This document shows positions 20,248-28,957 of a stretch of DNA of 64,000 nt, piece after piece. The notes beneath the pieces were generated by a model. That model was not told where the DNA came from and did not search any database. It saw only the letters and a list, made by a program, of their open reading frames with translations. Every line of letters starts with the position of its first letter. The first letter of the stretch is position 1. The DNA is from an uncultured Thermoleophilia bacterium (GTDB lineage Bacteria > Actinomycetota > Thermoleophilia > UBA2241), in NCBI GenBank assembly GCA_963715985.1, contig CAVQSP010000011.1, positions 192,001-256,000 of the forward strand. The letters are read 5' to 3'. Both the position numbers and the translations under genes were made by a program.

Positions 20248-21505
20248 GTGACCGGCGAGCGCACCAGCTGCGGGACCGCAGCCGGCACGTACGACCCCGG
20301 TCTCATGTCGGGCTTCCCGCCGCCGCCGGACCGCCGCGTGGCCGCCGACCAGGTGTACGCCGACCCGCGACACACGCAGTGGTTCATGCAGCACGCGCGC
20401 GAGGTCGTGGGCACGGCCGACGTCTCGGCGCGGCACGAGCCGGTCGCGGAGCTCGGCGCGGCGCCGGCGGACCTCGACGACGTCGCGCTCGTCGACGTCG
20501 GTGACGAGAGCGCCGGCGCCTCCCCCGGCACCTGGTCGTTCGCCGAGATGCTGGCCGCCGGCGAGACGGACGGCGTCCTTGTCTTGCGCGACGGAAAGGT
20601 CCTCTGCGAGCGCTACTTCGGCAGCCTGCGCCCCGAGACGCCGCACCTCTGGCACTCGATCACCAAGTCGCTCGGCTCCTGCGTGGTCGCGCACCTCGCC
20701 GACCGGGGGCTGCTGGGACCGGAGAGCGCCGTCGTCGACTTCGTCCCGGAGCTCGCCCACAGCGCCTACGCGCACGCGACCGTGCGCCACCTTCTCGACA
20801 TGACCGTCGGCATCCGCTACGTGGAGGATCACGAGGACCCCGACTCAGAGGACTCGCGGCTCGACCGCCTCTGCGGCCTCAAGCCGCGCCGCGCCGCCGA
20901 TGAGCCCGGCTCCATCTACGATGACGCCGTCGCCACGGTCCCGGTGGGCGAGCACGGCCGCGTGATGAAGTACGTGTCGCTCAACACCGACGTGCTCGGC
21001 TGGGTCATGGAGCGCGCGACCGGCACGGCCGTGCCGGAGCTTCTGCGCCGCGAGGTGTGGAGCAAGCTGGGCACCGAGCACGACGCATACATCCTGCTCG
21101 ACGGCGCCGGCAGCGCCCTGCTCGACGGCGGCTTCTGCGGCAGCCTGCGCGATCTGGCGCGCTTCGGCCAGATGCTGGCGCAGGACGGTCTCTGGAACGG
21201 GGTGCGGGTCGTGCCGGCCTCGTGGCTCGACGACCTGCGGCGAAACGGCGACAAGGCGGCGTTCGCCGCGTCCGACGACCCCGGCATGCTGCCCGGCGGT
21301 TCGTATCGCAGTTGCTTCTGGGTCGCGGAGCCGGCCGGCCGCGTGGTGCTGCTCGGCATCGGCATGTACGGGCAGATGCTCTACGTCGACCGCGACGCCA
21401 GGCGTGGTCGTCGCCAAGCTCTCAAGCCAGCCACGCGCCGGCCTCGCCGGGCCGATCACCCGTACGTTCTACGCCCTGGAGTCACTGGCCAGGGCGATCA
21501 CTTGA
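20248..21505 (+). CDS. Serine hydrolase, beta-lactamase fold (NylB/6-aminohexanoate-dimer hydrolase-like; frameshift near 21400)
   Basis: SITK (SxxK), YVSLNTDVLGW, GMYGQMLYVD. The C-terminus VVVAKLSSQP...LARAIT* is in another frame. Confidence 0.85.
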
Positions 21506-21578
21506 CGATGACGACGTCGTGGGCGGCCGCGCCGAAGGCGACGGCCGCCCGGCAGAGACGAAGGAGGCAGATGCCGCG

Positions 21579-23043
21579 ATGAAACGAGGCGACTACGCCG
21601 GCCTGCCGCGCAGGGAGGGCATCGCCGCCCCCCCGCTGAGCGACGGCGACCTGCACGACATCCACATCGCCACGCTGGAGGTGCTCGAGCGCACCGGCGT
21701 CATGGTCGAAGCTCAGGACGCTCGCGACATCTTCAGGGACGGCGGCTGCGTCGTCGACGAGGAGACCCACCTCGTGCGCATCCCGCCGAGCGTGGTGGAA
21801 GACGCGATCCGCTCCACGCCACCGCTGATCAGGTGGTGCGGCCGCGACCCCAGGCACGACCTGATGCTGGGCGGCGGCCGCCTGGCCTTCATGAACTTCG
21901 GCGAGGCGCCCAAGGTCAACGACCTCGAGACCGGCGAGAACCGGCCGGCTCGCATCAGCGATGTGGCGGACATCTGCACCGTCGTCGACTGGGCCGGCGA
22001 CATCGACGTCTACGAGGCCGCCATCACCCCGCGCGACTGCCCCGAGGACCTCGCCACCGTGCACCACCTGGCGGCGGCGCTCCCCCACGTCAGCAAGCCG
22101 ATGATGTTCGGGCCGCTCAGCACGTTCGAGTCGCAGACGTGCCTCGATCTGGCCGTTGCCGTCGCCGGCAGCCACGACGCGCTGCGCGAGCGGCCGTTCC
22201 TGGGGCTCGGCATGTGCTCGCTGAGCCCGCTGCAACTCACCGCGCAGGGCACCGACGTCTGCCTGTTCGCGGCGCGCAACGGCCTGCCGCTCAGCATCCT
22301 GGCCATGTGCATGGCGGGCGGCACCACGCCGCAGACCCTCGCGGGGACGCTCGTCGTGCACAACGCCGAGGTGCTCGCAGGCATCGTCATGGTCCAGCTC
22401 GCCGAGCGCGGCGCCCCGGTCATCTACTCGTCCTCGAGCACGGCGATGGACCTGCGCCTGGGCACGGCCTCGGTCGGGACGCCGGAGACGGCCCTGCTCA
22501 ACGCCTGCGTCGGGCAGATCTCACGTCAGTACGAGATCCCCTCGTGGGTGGCCGGGTTGTAGGCGGACTCCAAGGTGAGCGACGCGCAGACGGCCTACGA
22601 GAAGACCCTCACCGGACTTGCGCCAGCGCTGGCAGGGGCCAGCCTGATCTACGGTGCGGGGATGCTCGAATCGGGCATGACGTGCGATCTCGGCCAGATG
22701 GTCATGGACAACGAGAACATCGGTCTCATCCGCCAGCTCGTGCGAGGCGTGGCGGTGACCCCCGAGACCCTGGCGGTCGACCTCATCCACGAGGTGGGCC
22801 CCGGCGGCGAGTTCATCTCGTCCGACCACACCATGCGGCACATGCGAGAAGCGAGCATGCCGAGAGCTGTGGGACCGCGACGTGCGCGCCGCGTGGGAGG
22901 AGTCGGGCGCGACCGACCTGCCGGCGCGCGCCCGCGACGAAGCCCGGCGCGTGGTGGCGGAGCACAGGCCCGAACCGCTTCCCGACGACGTTCTCGCTGA
23001 GCTCGACAGGATCGTGCAGGCCGCCGACGCCACCGTGGGCTGA
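21579..23043 (+). CDS. mttB: Trimethylamine:corrinoid methyltransferase MttB with in-frame TAG (pyrrolysine) at codon 328; frameshift near 22863
   Basis: AAGGAGG RBS. IHIATLEVLERTGV, MAGGTTPQTLAGTLVVHNAEVLAG, then PSWVAGL-TAG(22560-22562)-ADSKVSDAQTAYEKTLT..LAGASLIYGAGMLESG in the same frame. C-terminus LWDR...HRPEPLP...TVG*. Confidence 0.92.
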
Positions 23044-23099
23044 GGCGCCCGCAGCCTGTCGGCGGACAGACCCCCCAACCCACGATGAGGAGACAGACG

Positions 23100-24197
23100 A
23101 TGGACGAGATCGGCGTCGGCCTGGTGGGAGCCGGGCTCATCAGCGACCAGCATGCATTGGCGTTCCGCCGGGTGAAGGGCGCGCGCGTGCTGGCGGTGGC
23201 CGATCCGGACACGGCCCGGGCGCGCAGACTCGCAGACACGTACGGGCTGGACGCGGCCTACGACGACTTCCGCCGCCTGCTCGAGCGCCCCGACATCGAC
23301 ATGATCTGCATCGGCGCGCCCAACTACGTCCACCGCGAGATCGGCGTGGCCGCGGCGCAGGCCGGCAAGCACATCGTCTGTGAGAAGCCGCTGGCGCGCA
23401 CCATGGCGGAGGGCGACGAGATGCTGGCCGCCGCCGAACTCGCCGGCATCAAGCTCATGTACGCCGAGCTCATCTGCTTCGCGCCCCGCTACGTGCGCGC
23501 CAAGGAGCTGATGGACGAGGGCGCGTTCGGCCGTGTCTTCCAGATCAAGCACGGCGAGACCCACTACGGCCCGCACTCCGACTGGTTCTGGGACGGCGAC
23601 CTCTCCGGCGGCGGCGTGATGATGGACATGGGCTGCCACAGCGTCGAGATCATCCGCTGGCTCTACGACAAGCCCCCCATCGAGTCGGTCACGGCGGAGC
23701 TCGGCACGTTCGTGCACGGCGAGCGCACCGACGTGGAGGACCACGCCTTGGTGACGATCCGCTTCGCGGGCGACCGCCTCGGCGTGATCGAGGGAAGCTG
23801 GGCGAAACCCGGCGGCATGGACGACCGTCTGGACATCCAGGGCAGCCAGGGCACCTGCCACGGCGACATGATGCAGCAGTCGTCGCTGTTCGCCTACAGC
23901 GACGTGGGCTACGGCTACTCCGTGGAGAAGGGCACGAGCCTCGGCTACAGCTACGCCATCGCCGAGGAGTACTACAACTACGGCATGCCGCAGGAGATGC
24001 AGCACTTCACCGACTGCGTCCTCAAGGACAGCGCGCCCTTGGAGACGGGCCTCGACGGGCGCGTCTCCCTCGAGGTCATCTACGCCGCCTACCGCTCGGC
24101 CGCCACCGGCACGAGGGTGCGCTTCCCGCTGGAGCTCTCGGCCGAGGAGGCATCGGAAGCTCCGTATCTGCAGTGGAAGCGCCGGCGGGAACAATAG
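23100..24197 (+). CDS. Gfo/Idh/MocA family oxidoreductase
   Basis: GLVGAGLI, HIVCEKPLA, SGGGVMMDMGCH. Confidence 0.95.
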   Translation: MDEIGVGLVGAGLISDQHALAFRRVKGARVLAVADPDTARARRLADTYGLDAAYDDFRRLLERPDIDMICIGAPNYVHREIGVAAAQAGKHIVCEKPLARTMAEGDEMLAAAELAGIKLMYAELICFAPRYVRAKELMDEGAFGRVFQIKHGETHYGPHSDWFWDGDLSGGGVMMDMGCHSVEIIRWLYDKPPIESVTAELGTFVHGERTDVEDHALVTIRFAGDRLGVIEGSWAKPGGMDDRLDIQGSQGTCHGDMMQQSSLFAYSDVGYGYSVEKGTSLGYSYAIAEEYYNYGMPQEMQHFTDCVLKDSAPLETGLDGRVSLEVIYAAYRSAATGTRVRFPLELSAEEASEAPYLQWKRRREQ

Positions 24198-24277
24198 GAC
24201 CAGGCGGTGTGAGTCGTCTGCGGTCGGCGAGTCGAGAGATCTGAGGCGCCTGCGTCGGAGGACGCGGGAGGGTCCCG

Positions 24278-24395
24278 GAGCTCAACGTGAATCGCTGTTT
24301 CTGCAGGTACCTGCCGCTACGCCCGCTCGAGGAGATCGAGGCCGACATTCACGGTCGAGACCGAGATCGCGCACATGCTCGGGGAGATCGCGGGG
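24278..24395 (+). pseudogene. C-terminal remnant of a type I restriction-modification methyltransferase (HsdM)
   Basis: ELNVNRCFCRYLPLRPLEEIEADI / VETEIAHMLGEI resembles the HsdM tail (EINFNRYFY.Y.PPRPLEEI.ADL..VE.EI..LL.E). Confidence 0.55.
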
Positions 24396-24457
24396 AGCGG
24401 CGCGGAGCAGCGGCGATGACGCGCGCCGCCTCCTCGCCCCGTCTCGCCACGGCGACC

Positions 24458-24745
24458 TCAGTCCCAGCCCGGCGGGAGCCTGTGGGTGCGGCGATAGGCC
24501 GTGCTGCGGTGAGCCACGCGCACCACGCAGATCACGATGCGCCCTTCATCGATCGCGTAGACGATGCGGTAGTCGCCGGCCTTCGCCCGATACAGATGGT
24601 CCGTGCCGACGACGCGGCGCGCGCCCGGCCGGCGCGGATTCGCCGCAAGACGCTCGAGCACGCGGCCGATTGTCGCACGCGCCGGGAGCGTCAGGCGCCG
24701 GAGCTCGCGCTCGGCCGCGTCGGTGCAGCCGATGACGCAGGCCAA
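24458..24745 (-). CDS. RelE/ParE family toxin
   Basis: AERELRRL, LAANPR.PGA, YRAKAGDYRIVYAID, VAHRSTAY. Confidence 0.85.
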   Translation of the reverse strand: MACVIGCTDAAERELRRLTLPARATIGRVLERLAANPRRPGARRVVGTDHLYRAKAGDYRIVYAIDEGRIVICVVRVAHRSTAYRRTHRLPPGWD

Positions 24746-24754
24746 GCGCGCACT

Positions 24755-25064
24755 CTACAGGCCCAGCTCGGCCTTGATGTCGGTCCAGGGCCGCGTCTTG
24801 TCGAGCTCGCCGGCCTCGAGAGCGCGCCTGTACTCCGCTGCGTCTAGCTGGTCCTCCACCACCTGCGCGACAAACATGTCCTCGATCGGGACCACAGCGG
24901 CAAGCGGCTTGCCGTGACGCTTGATCACGAAACGGTCGCCGCCGAAGGCGACACGGTTGTCGGATCTCGGCCAGGTTGGCGCGCAGGTCCTTGGCCGTGA
25001 CGAGGCCGGCGTCGCCGAAGTCGCCCTTTCTGCGTCGCCGGTCGCCGTCCCACTCGGGCGTCAT
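24755..25064 (-). CDS. Phd/YefM family antitoxin (frameshift near 24960; start uncertain)
   Basis: VTAKDLRANLAEI / NRVAFGGDRFVIKRHGKPLAAVVPIED...WTDIKAELGL*. Confidence 0.75.
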
Positions 25065-25374
25065 CTGGATACCGCACGAAGCAGCGGGCGTGGAAGTGGA
25101 CCTTGCCACCAACGATACACCTGCGCTCGGTCGGTGGCGTGAGCGCGTGAGGCGAGTGCGCCGCGCCGAGCCTCGGTCCGGCGCCGGCCACGGCGCGCGG
25201 GAAGGCCGCTCGCGGCGGACAGGGATGACGTTGCTTCCCGCGCTCGGATGACATTCACGGGGCGCCCGGCATGTGCCGCCCGGCGCTTCTCCGCGCCCGT
25301 CGCCGCCACGCGTCTGTAGACTACGCGGGACCGTCCCCGCACCTGCTCCTGCCGGAGCGAAAGCGAGCAGCATC

Positions 25375-26700
25375 ATGGATGACGACACCCCGGCCTTCGA
25401 ACCGCTCCCTCTCGACTGGGACACATCGGCCGTCGCCGAGCGCCGGCGGCGCTACCTCTCCCCCGTGCTCGGCACGTTCATCGGCTACGACGAGCCGGTC
25501 GTCTGGCAGAAGGGCCGCGGACAGTATGTGTGGGACAACCACGGCAGGCGCTTTCTCGACTGCATGGCGCAGAACGTGTGCATCAGCGTGGGGCACGCGC
25601 ACCCCGGCGTGCTGGCGGCGGTGCGCGAGCAGATGGAACAGGTGCCGCACATCACGACGGTCTACCACCACCCGCAGCCCGGGCACTTCGCCGAGGAGCT
25701 CGTCGCGCGGCTGCCCGAGGGCCCCGACTGGGTGGTGCACTTCGTCAACAGCGGCGCCGAGGCCGTGGACCTCGCCGTGATGCTCGCCCGGGCGTATACG
25801 CGCTCCTACGAGATGCTGGCCCTGCGCGACGCCTACCACGGCATGCACTACGGCGCCCAGACGGCCACGGGCATCGGTCACGCCCGGCAGATCGCGCCGC
25901 CGGCCCCCGGCTACGTGCAGGTGATGGCGCCGCACCCGTACCGCGGCCCGTTCGGCGCCGAGGCGGCGCCGTACCTGGAGGAGCTGCACCGCGTGCTGCA
26001 CACCAACACCTGCGGCGCCGTCGCCGGCCTCATCGCCGAGCCCATCCAGGGGTACGGCGGCATCGTCGAGATGCCGCCGGGCTGGCTGCGCGGCGCGGCC
26101 GAGCAGGTGCGCGCGGCCGGCGGCCTGCTGATCGTGGACGAGGTGCAGGCCGGCTTCGCGCGCACGGGCGACCACTTCTGGGGCTTCGAGGCCCACGACG
26201 TGGTGCCCGACGTCATCGTGCTGTCCAAGGGCATCGGCAACGGCTTCCCCATCGCCGCCGTGGTGACGAGGCGCGAGGTGGCCGAGGCGATGGCGGCGCG
26301 CATGTTCTTCAACACGTACGGCTCCAACCCCACCTGCTGCGCCGCCGGCCGGGCCGTGCTGCGCGCCATCGCGGAGGAGGGACTCCAGGCCAACGCGCAG
26401 CGCGTCGGCGGCCTCGTGCTCGACGGGCTGCGGCAGCTGCAGACGGCCCACGAGCGTCTCGGCGACGTGCGCGGCCGCGGCCTGCTGATCGGCGCGGAGC
26501 TGATCAGGGATCCGGACTCGCGCGAGGCCGACGCAGCTGCCGCCGAGCGCGTGCAGCTGGCGCTGCTCGCGCGCGGCGTGGTCGTCGGCCTCTGCGGCCG
26601 CGAGCACAACGTGGTCAAGATCAACCCGCCGCTGTGCGTCACCGACGAGGACGCGGCCTTCTTGCTGGCCGCGATGGAGGATGCGCTCGCCGCACTGTGA
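25375..26700 (+). CDS. Class III PLP aminotransferase (AGXT2-like)
   Basis: FVNSGAEA, AEPIQGYGG, LIVDEVQAGFARTG, SKGIGNG, FNTYGSNP. Confidence 0.93.
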   Translation: MDDDTPAFEPLPLDWDTSAVAERRRRYLSPVLGTFIGYDEPVVWQKGRGQYVWDNHGRRFLDCMAQNVCISVGHAHPGVLAAVREQMEQVPHITTVYHHPQPGHFAEELVARLPEGPDWVVHFVNSGAEAVDLAVMLARAYTRSYEMLALRDAYHGMHYGAQTATGIGHARQIAPPAPGYVQVMAPHPYRGPFGAEAAPYLEELHRVLHTNTCGAVAGLIAEPIQGYGGIVEMPPGWLRGAAEQVRAAGGLLIVDEVQAGFARTGDHFWGFEAHDVVPDVIVLSKGIGNGFPIAAVVTRREVAEAMAARMFFNTYGSNPTCCAAGRAVLRAIAEEGLQANAQRVGGLVLDGLRQLQTAHERLGDVRGRGLLIGAELIRDPDSREADAAAAERVQLALLARGVVVGLCGREHNVVKINPPLCVTDEDAAFLLAAMEDALAAL

Positions 26701-26746
26701 GGCCGGACCGTGCCGCGCACCCCCGGTCGCGTTCGGCGCAGATGCG

Positions 26747-27142
26747 TCAGGCGTCGGCGGATCGGGTCAGAGTGGGGAACGCGCGGAGCAGACCCCGGTC
26801 GAAGGTGAGGACCTTGGAACCGAGCCGCTCTGCGGCCGCCACGAAGACAGCGTCGTACATGGGGTGATCGTGGCGCAGAGCCAGGCCCACGGCGGCCCTC
26901 CACAGCTGCTCGGTGGGCAGCACGCGCTCGATGAGTGCCTCGGCGTGGTCAAGCGCCCCGAGAAAGTCCGCCACGCCCACGCCCGGCCGACGCGCCCACT
27001 GCCAGACCACGTTGCCGTACTCGGCGAAGAACAGGTCGGGGACGACGACGACATCGACCTCGGCCAGCGCCTGCCACGCCTTCTCGCGGACCTCGGCCGG
27101 CCCAAGGACGGCGTACGCGATCACGTTGGTGTCGACGATCAC
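26747..27142 (-). CDS. VapC/PIN-domain toxin
   Basis: MIVDTNV, YDAVFVAAA, LTFDR. Confidence 0.9.
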   Translation of the reverse strand: MIVDTNVIAYAVLGPAEVREKAWQALAEVDVVVVPDLFFAEYGNVVWQWARRPGVGVADFLGALDHAEALIERVLPTEQLWRAAVGLALRHDHPMYDAVFVAAAERLGSKVLTFDRGLLRAFPTLTRSADA

Positions 27143-27148
27143 CGGCCT

Positions 27149-27373
27149 TCACTCCCGGCCCGTGTCCAGCCACGCGTCGATATCGGCCGCACTCACCTCC
27201 GGCAGATGCTCCCAGCGTTCGCGCACGGTGTCGAGGATCTCCTGCCGCGTCGCGTATCTGGCCGCGAGTGTGTCGCGAAGCTCCTGCTCCAGGGAGTGCC
27301 CGTGCGCAGCCGCCGCGGCCTTGATGCGCGCCACCAGCTCATCCGGGAGACGGCGTATGGTCACTGAAGCCAC
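27149..27373 (-). CDS. FitA-like ribbon-helix-helix antitoxin
   Basis: MASVTIRRLPDELVARIKAAAAAHGHSLEQELR, directly upstream of the PIN toxin. Confidence 0.88.
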   Translation of the reverse strand: MASVTIRRLPDELVARIKAAAAAHGHSLEQELRDTLAARYATRQEILDTVRERWEHLPEVSAADIDAWLDTGRE

Positions 27374-27502
27374 TGGACATCACCGTCTGCATTCTACGGC
27401 GTCTGCAATCATGATGCAATCACTTCGCATGCGGTACGACGGTCTGCCTGTGCCGCTGCGCGCCTCGCTCCCGCCGACCTTGCGGACTTCTCCCATCACA
27501 TC

Positions 27503-27686
27503 GGGGGACGTTGGCTCATTACCCTGGGGAACCCAGCCGACCGATACCTGACGCAGACACTGGGTGCCGCCGTGCGGGCGTCCGGGCCCTCACCGGTGGC
27601 GCCGTGGCCGCGAGCCTCGCACTGAAGGGGACGGTGAGGCTCAAGGAGGACAGCGGTCCGGGCGCCGGGGATGCTGACACCTCCCC
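27503..27686 (+). ncRNA. Putative structured ncRNA, 6S RNA-like
   Basis: Hand folding gives a ~184-nt rod: GGGGG..GTTGGC/GCTGAC..CTCCC, CCCTGG/CCGGGG, GACCG/CGGTC, CCTGA/TCAAGG, a central bubble, and apical GGTGCCGCCG/CGGTGGCGCC. Confidence 0.45.
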
Positions 27687-27720
27687 ATCCCCGGCGCCCG
27701 CGCCCCACGCCGGGGGTGTG

Positions 27721-27771
27721 AAAGAGACCCGTTTCGGCAGCGACCCGCGTGGCGACCCGGAACGGGTCTTT
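27721..27771. terminator. Hairpin, possible intrinsic terminator
   Basis: AGACCCGTTTCGG ... CCGGAACGGGTCT followed by a short T run. Confidence 0.4.
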
Positions 27772-27891
27772 CGGCGCTCGCTCCGTCGCCTCGCCCTATC
27801 ATGCGCAGGCACGAGGAGTAGACTCGCGGCAGGCAAGCCGACGAGACAGTACTAAGGTGTTCACATCGGGGCGGACGAAGGGAGCCGACAC

Positions 27892-28957
27892 ATGGCCGTC
27901 ATCACTGGCAAGCACCTCAAGGAGTTCATCGAGCCGTTTCGCGTGCCGCCGGGCAAGAAGGTCGTCCTGGCCAAGGACTTCGATCCCTCGTACAAGGCGG
28001 ACTTCCTGACCAGGGAGGAAGGTGAGGAACTCCTCCAGAAAGGCATCGAGTTCCTCGCCGAGTACCAGGCGCGGCTGGCGGCGCAGGACACCTACGCCGT
28101 GCTCGTCTGCCTGCAGGCCCTGGACGCCGCCGGCAAGGACGGCACCATCCGCCACGTCATGAGCGGCGTCAACCCCCAGGGCGTGGAGGTGCACGGCTTC
28201 AAGGTGCCGTCGGCCGAGGAGCTCGACCACGACTACCTGTGGCGCTACCAGCAGAAGCTGCCCGCGCGCGGCAACATCGGCATCTTCAACCGTTCGCACT
28301 ACGAGGAGGTCCTCGTGGTGCGCGTGCACGAGGCGATCCTCGCCAACGAGAAGCTGCCCAAGGCCGCGCGGCGCCCGGGCATCTGGAGCCGTCGCTACCG
28401 CGCGATCAACGACTGGGAGCGCCACCTCGTCAACAACGGCTACAAGGTGGTCAAGCTCTTCCTCAACCTCAGCAACGAGGAGCAGCGCCGGCGCTTCCTG
28501 GCGCGCATCGACGAGCGCGACAAGAACTGGAAGTTCTCGGCCGGCGACGCCCGCGAGCGGCAGTACTGGGACGACTACCAGAAGGCGTTCTCCGAGATGC
28601 TCTCCAACACGAGCACCGAGTGGGCGCCGTGGTACGTGATCCCCGCCGACCACAAGTGGTTCGCGCGCATCGCCGCAGCCGCCGTCATCGTCGACACGCT
28701 GATGACTATCGACCCCAGGTTCCCGGTGCTCTCCAAAGAGGCGTTTGACCAGCTTGAGGAAGTCAAGAAGGAGCTCGAGGCCGAGGCCCCGCCCGGCGTC
28801 GCACCCGATCCCGTGGAAGAGAAGCTCGAGAAGAAGGCCAGGCAGGAGAAGGGGCCCCGACGACCCCGACGACCCCGACGACCCCGAGGGTGACCCGCCC
28901 GGCAAGAAGCACGGCAAGAAGAAGGGCAAGTCGTCCAAGAAGGGGAAGAAGCGGTGA
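27892..28957 (+). CDS. ppk2: Polyphosphate kinase 2 family (class III-like); probable frameshift near 28850
   Basis: QALDAAGKDG, FKVPS.EELDHDYLWR, FNRSHYEEVL, APWYVIPADHKW. The ORF as read stops at 28893. The alternative-frame tail ends at 28957, overlapping the next GTG. Confidence 0.9.

Noticed and set aside
22560-22600. PYLIS-like hairpin after the amber codon (TAGGC...GCCTA)
   Set aside because: Only about 5 bp of pairing in very GC-rich DNA, and such an element is not required for Pyl insertion.
22575-23000. Separate 141-aa ORF downstream of the TAG
   Set aside because: It is the in-frame C-terminal part of MttB, not an independent gene.
27630-27890. M-box (GGTGAGGCTC) or yybP-ykoY (GGAGTAG) riboswitch upstream of ppk2 and the P-type ATPase
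   Set aside because: Only short seed matches; the remaining conserved motifs of either family are not recognisable.
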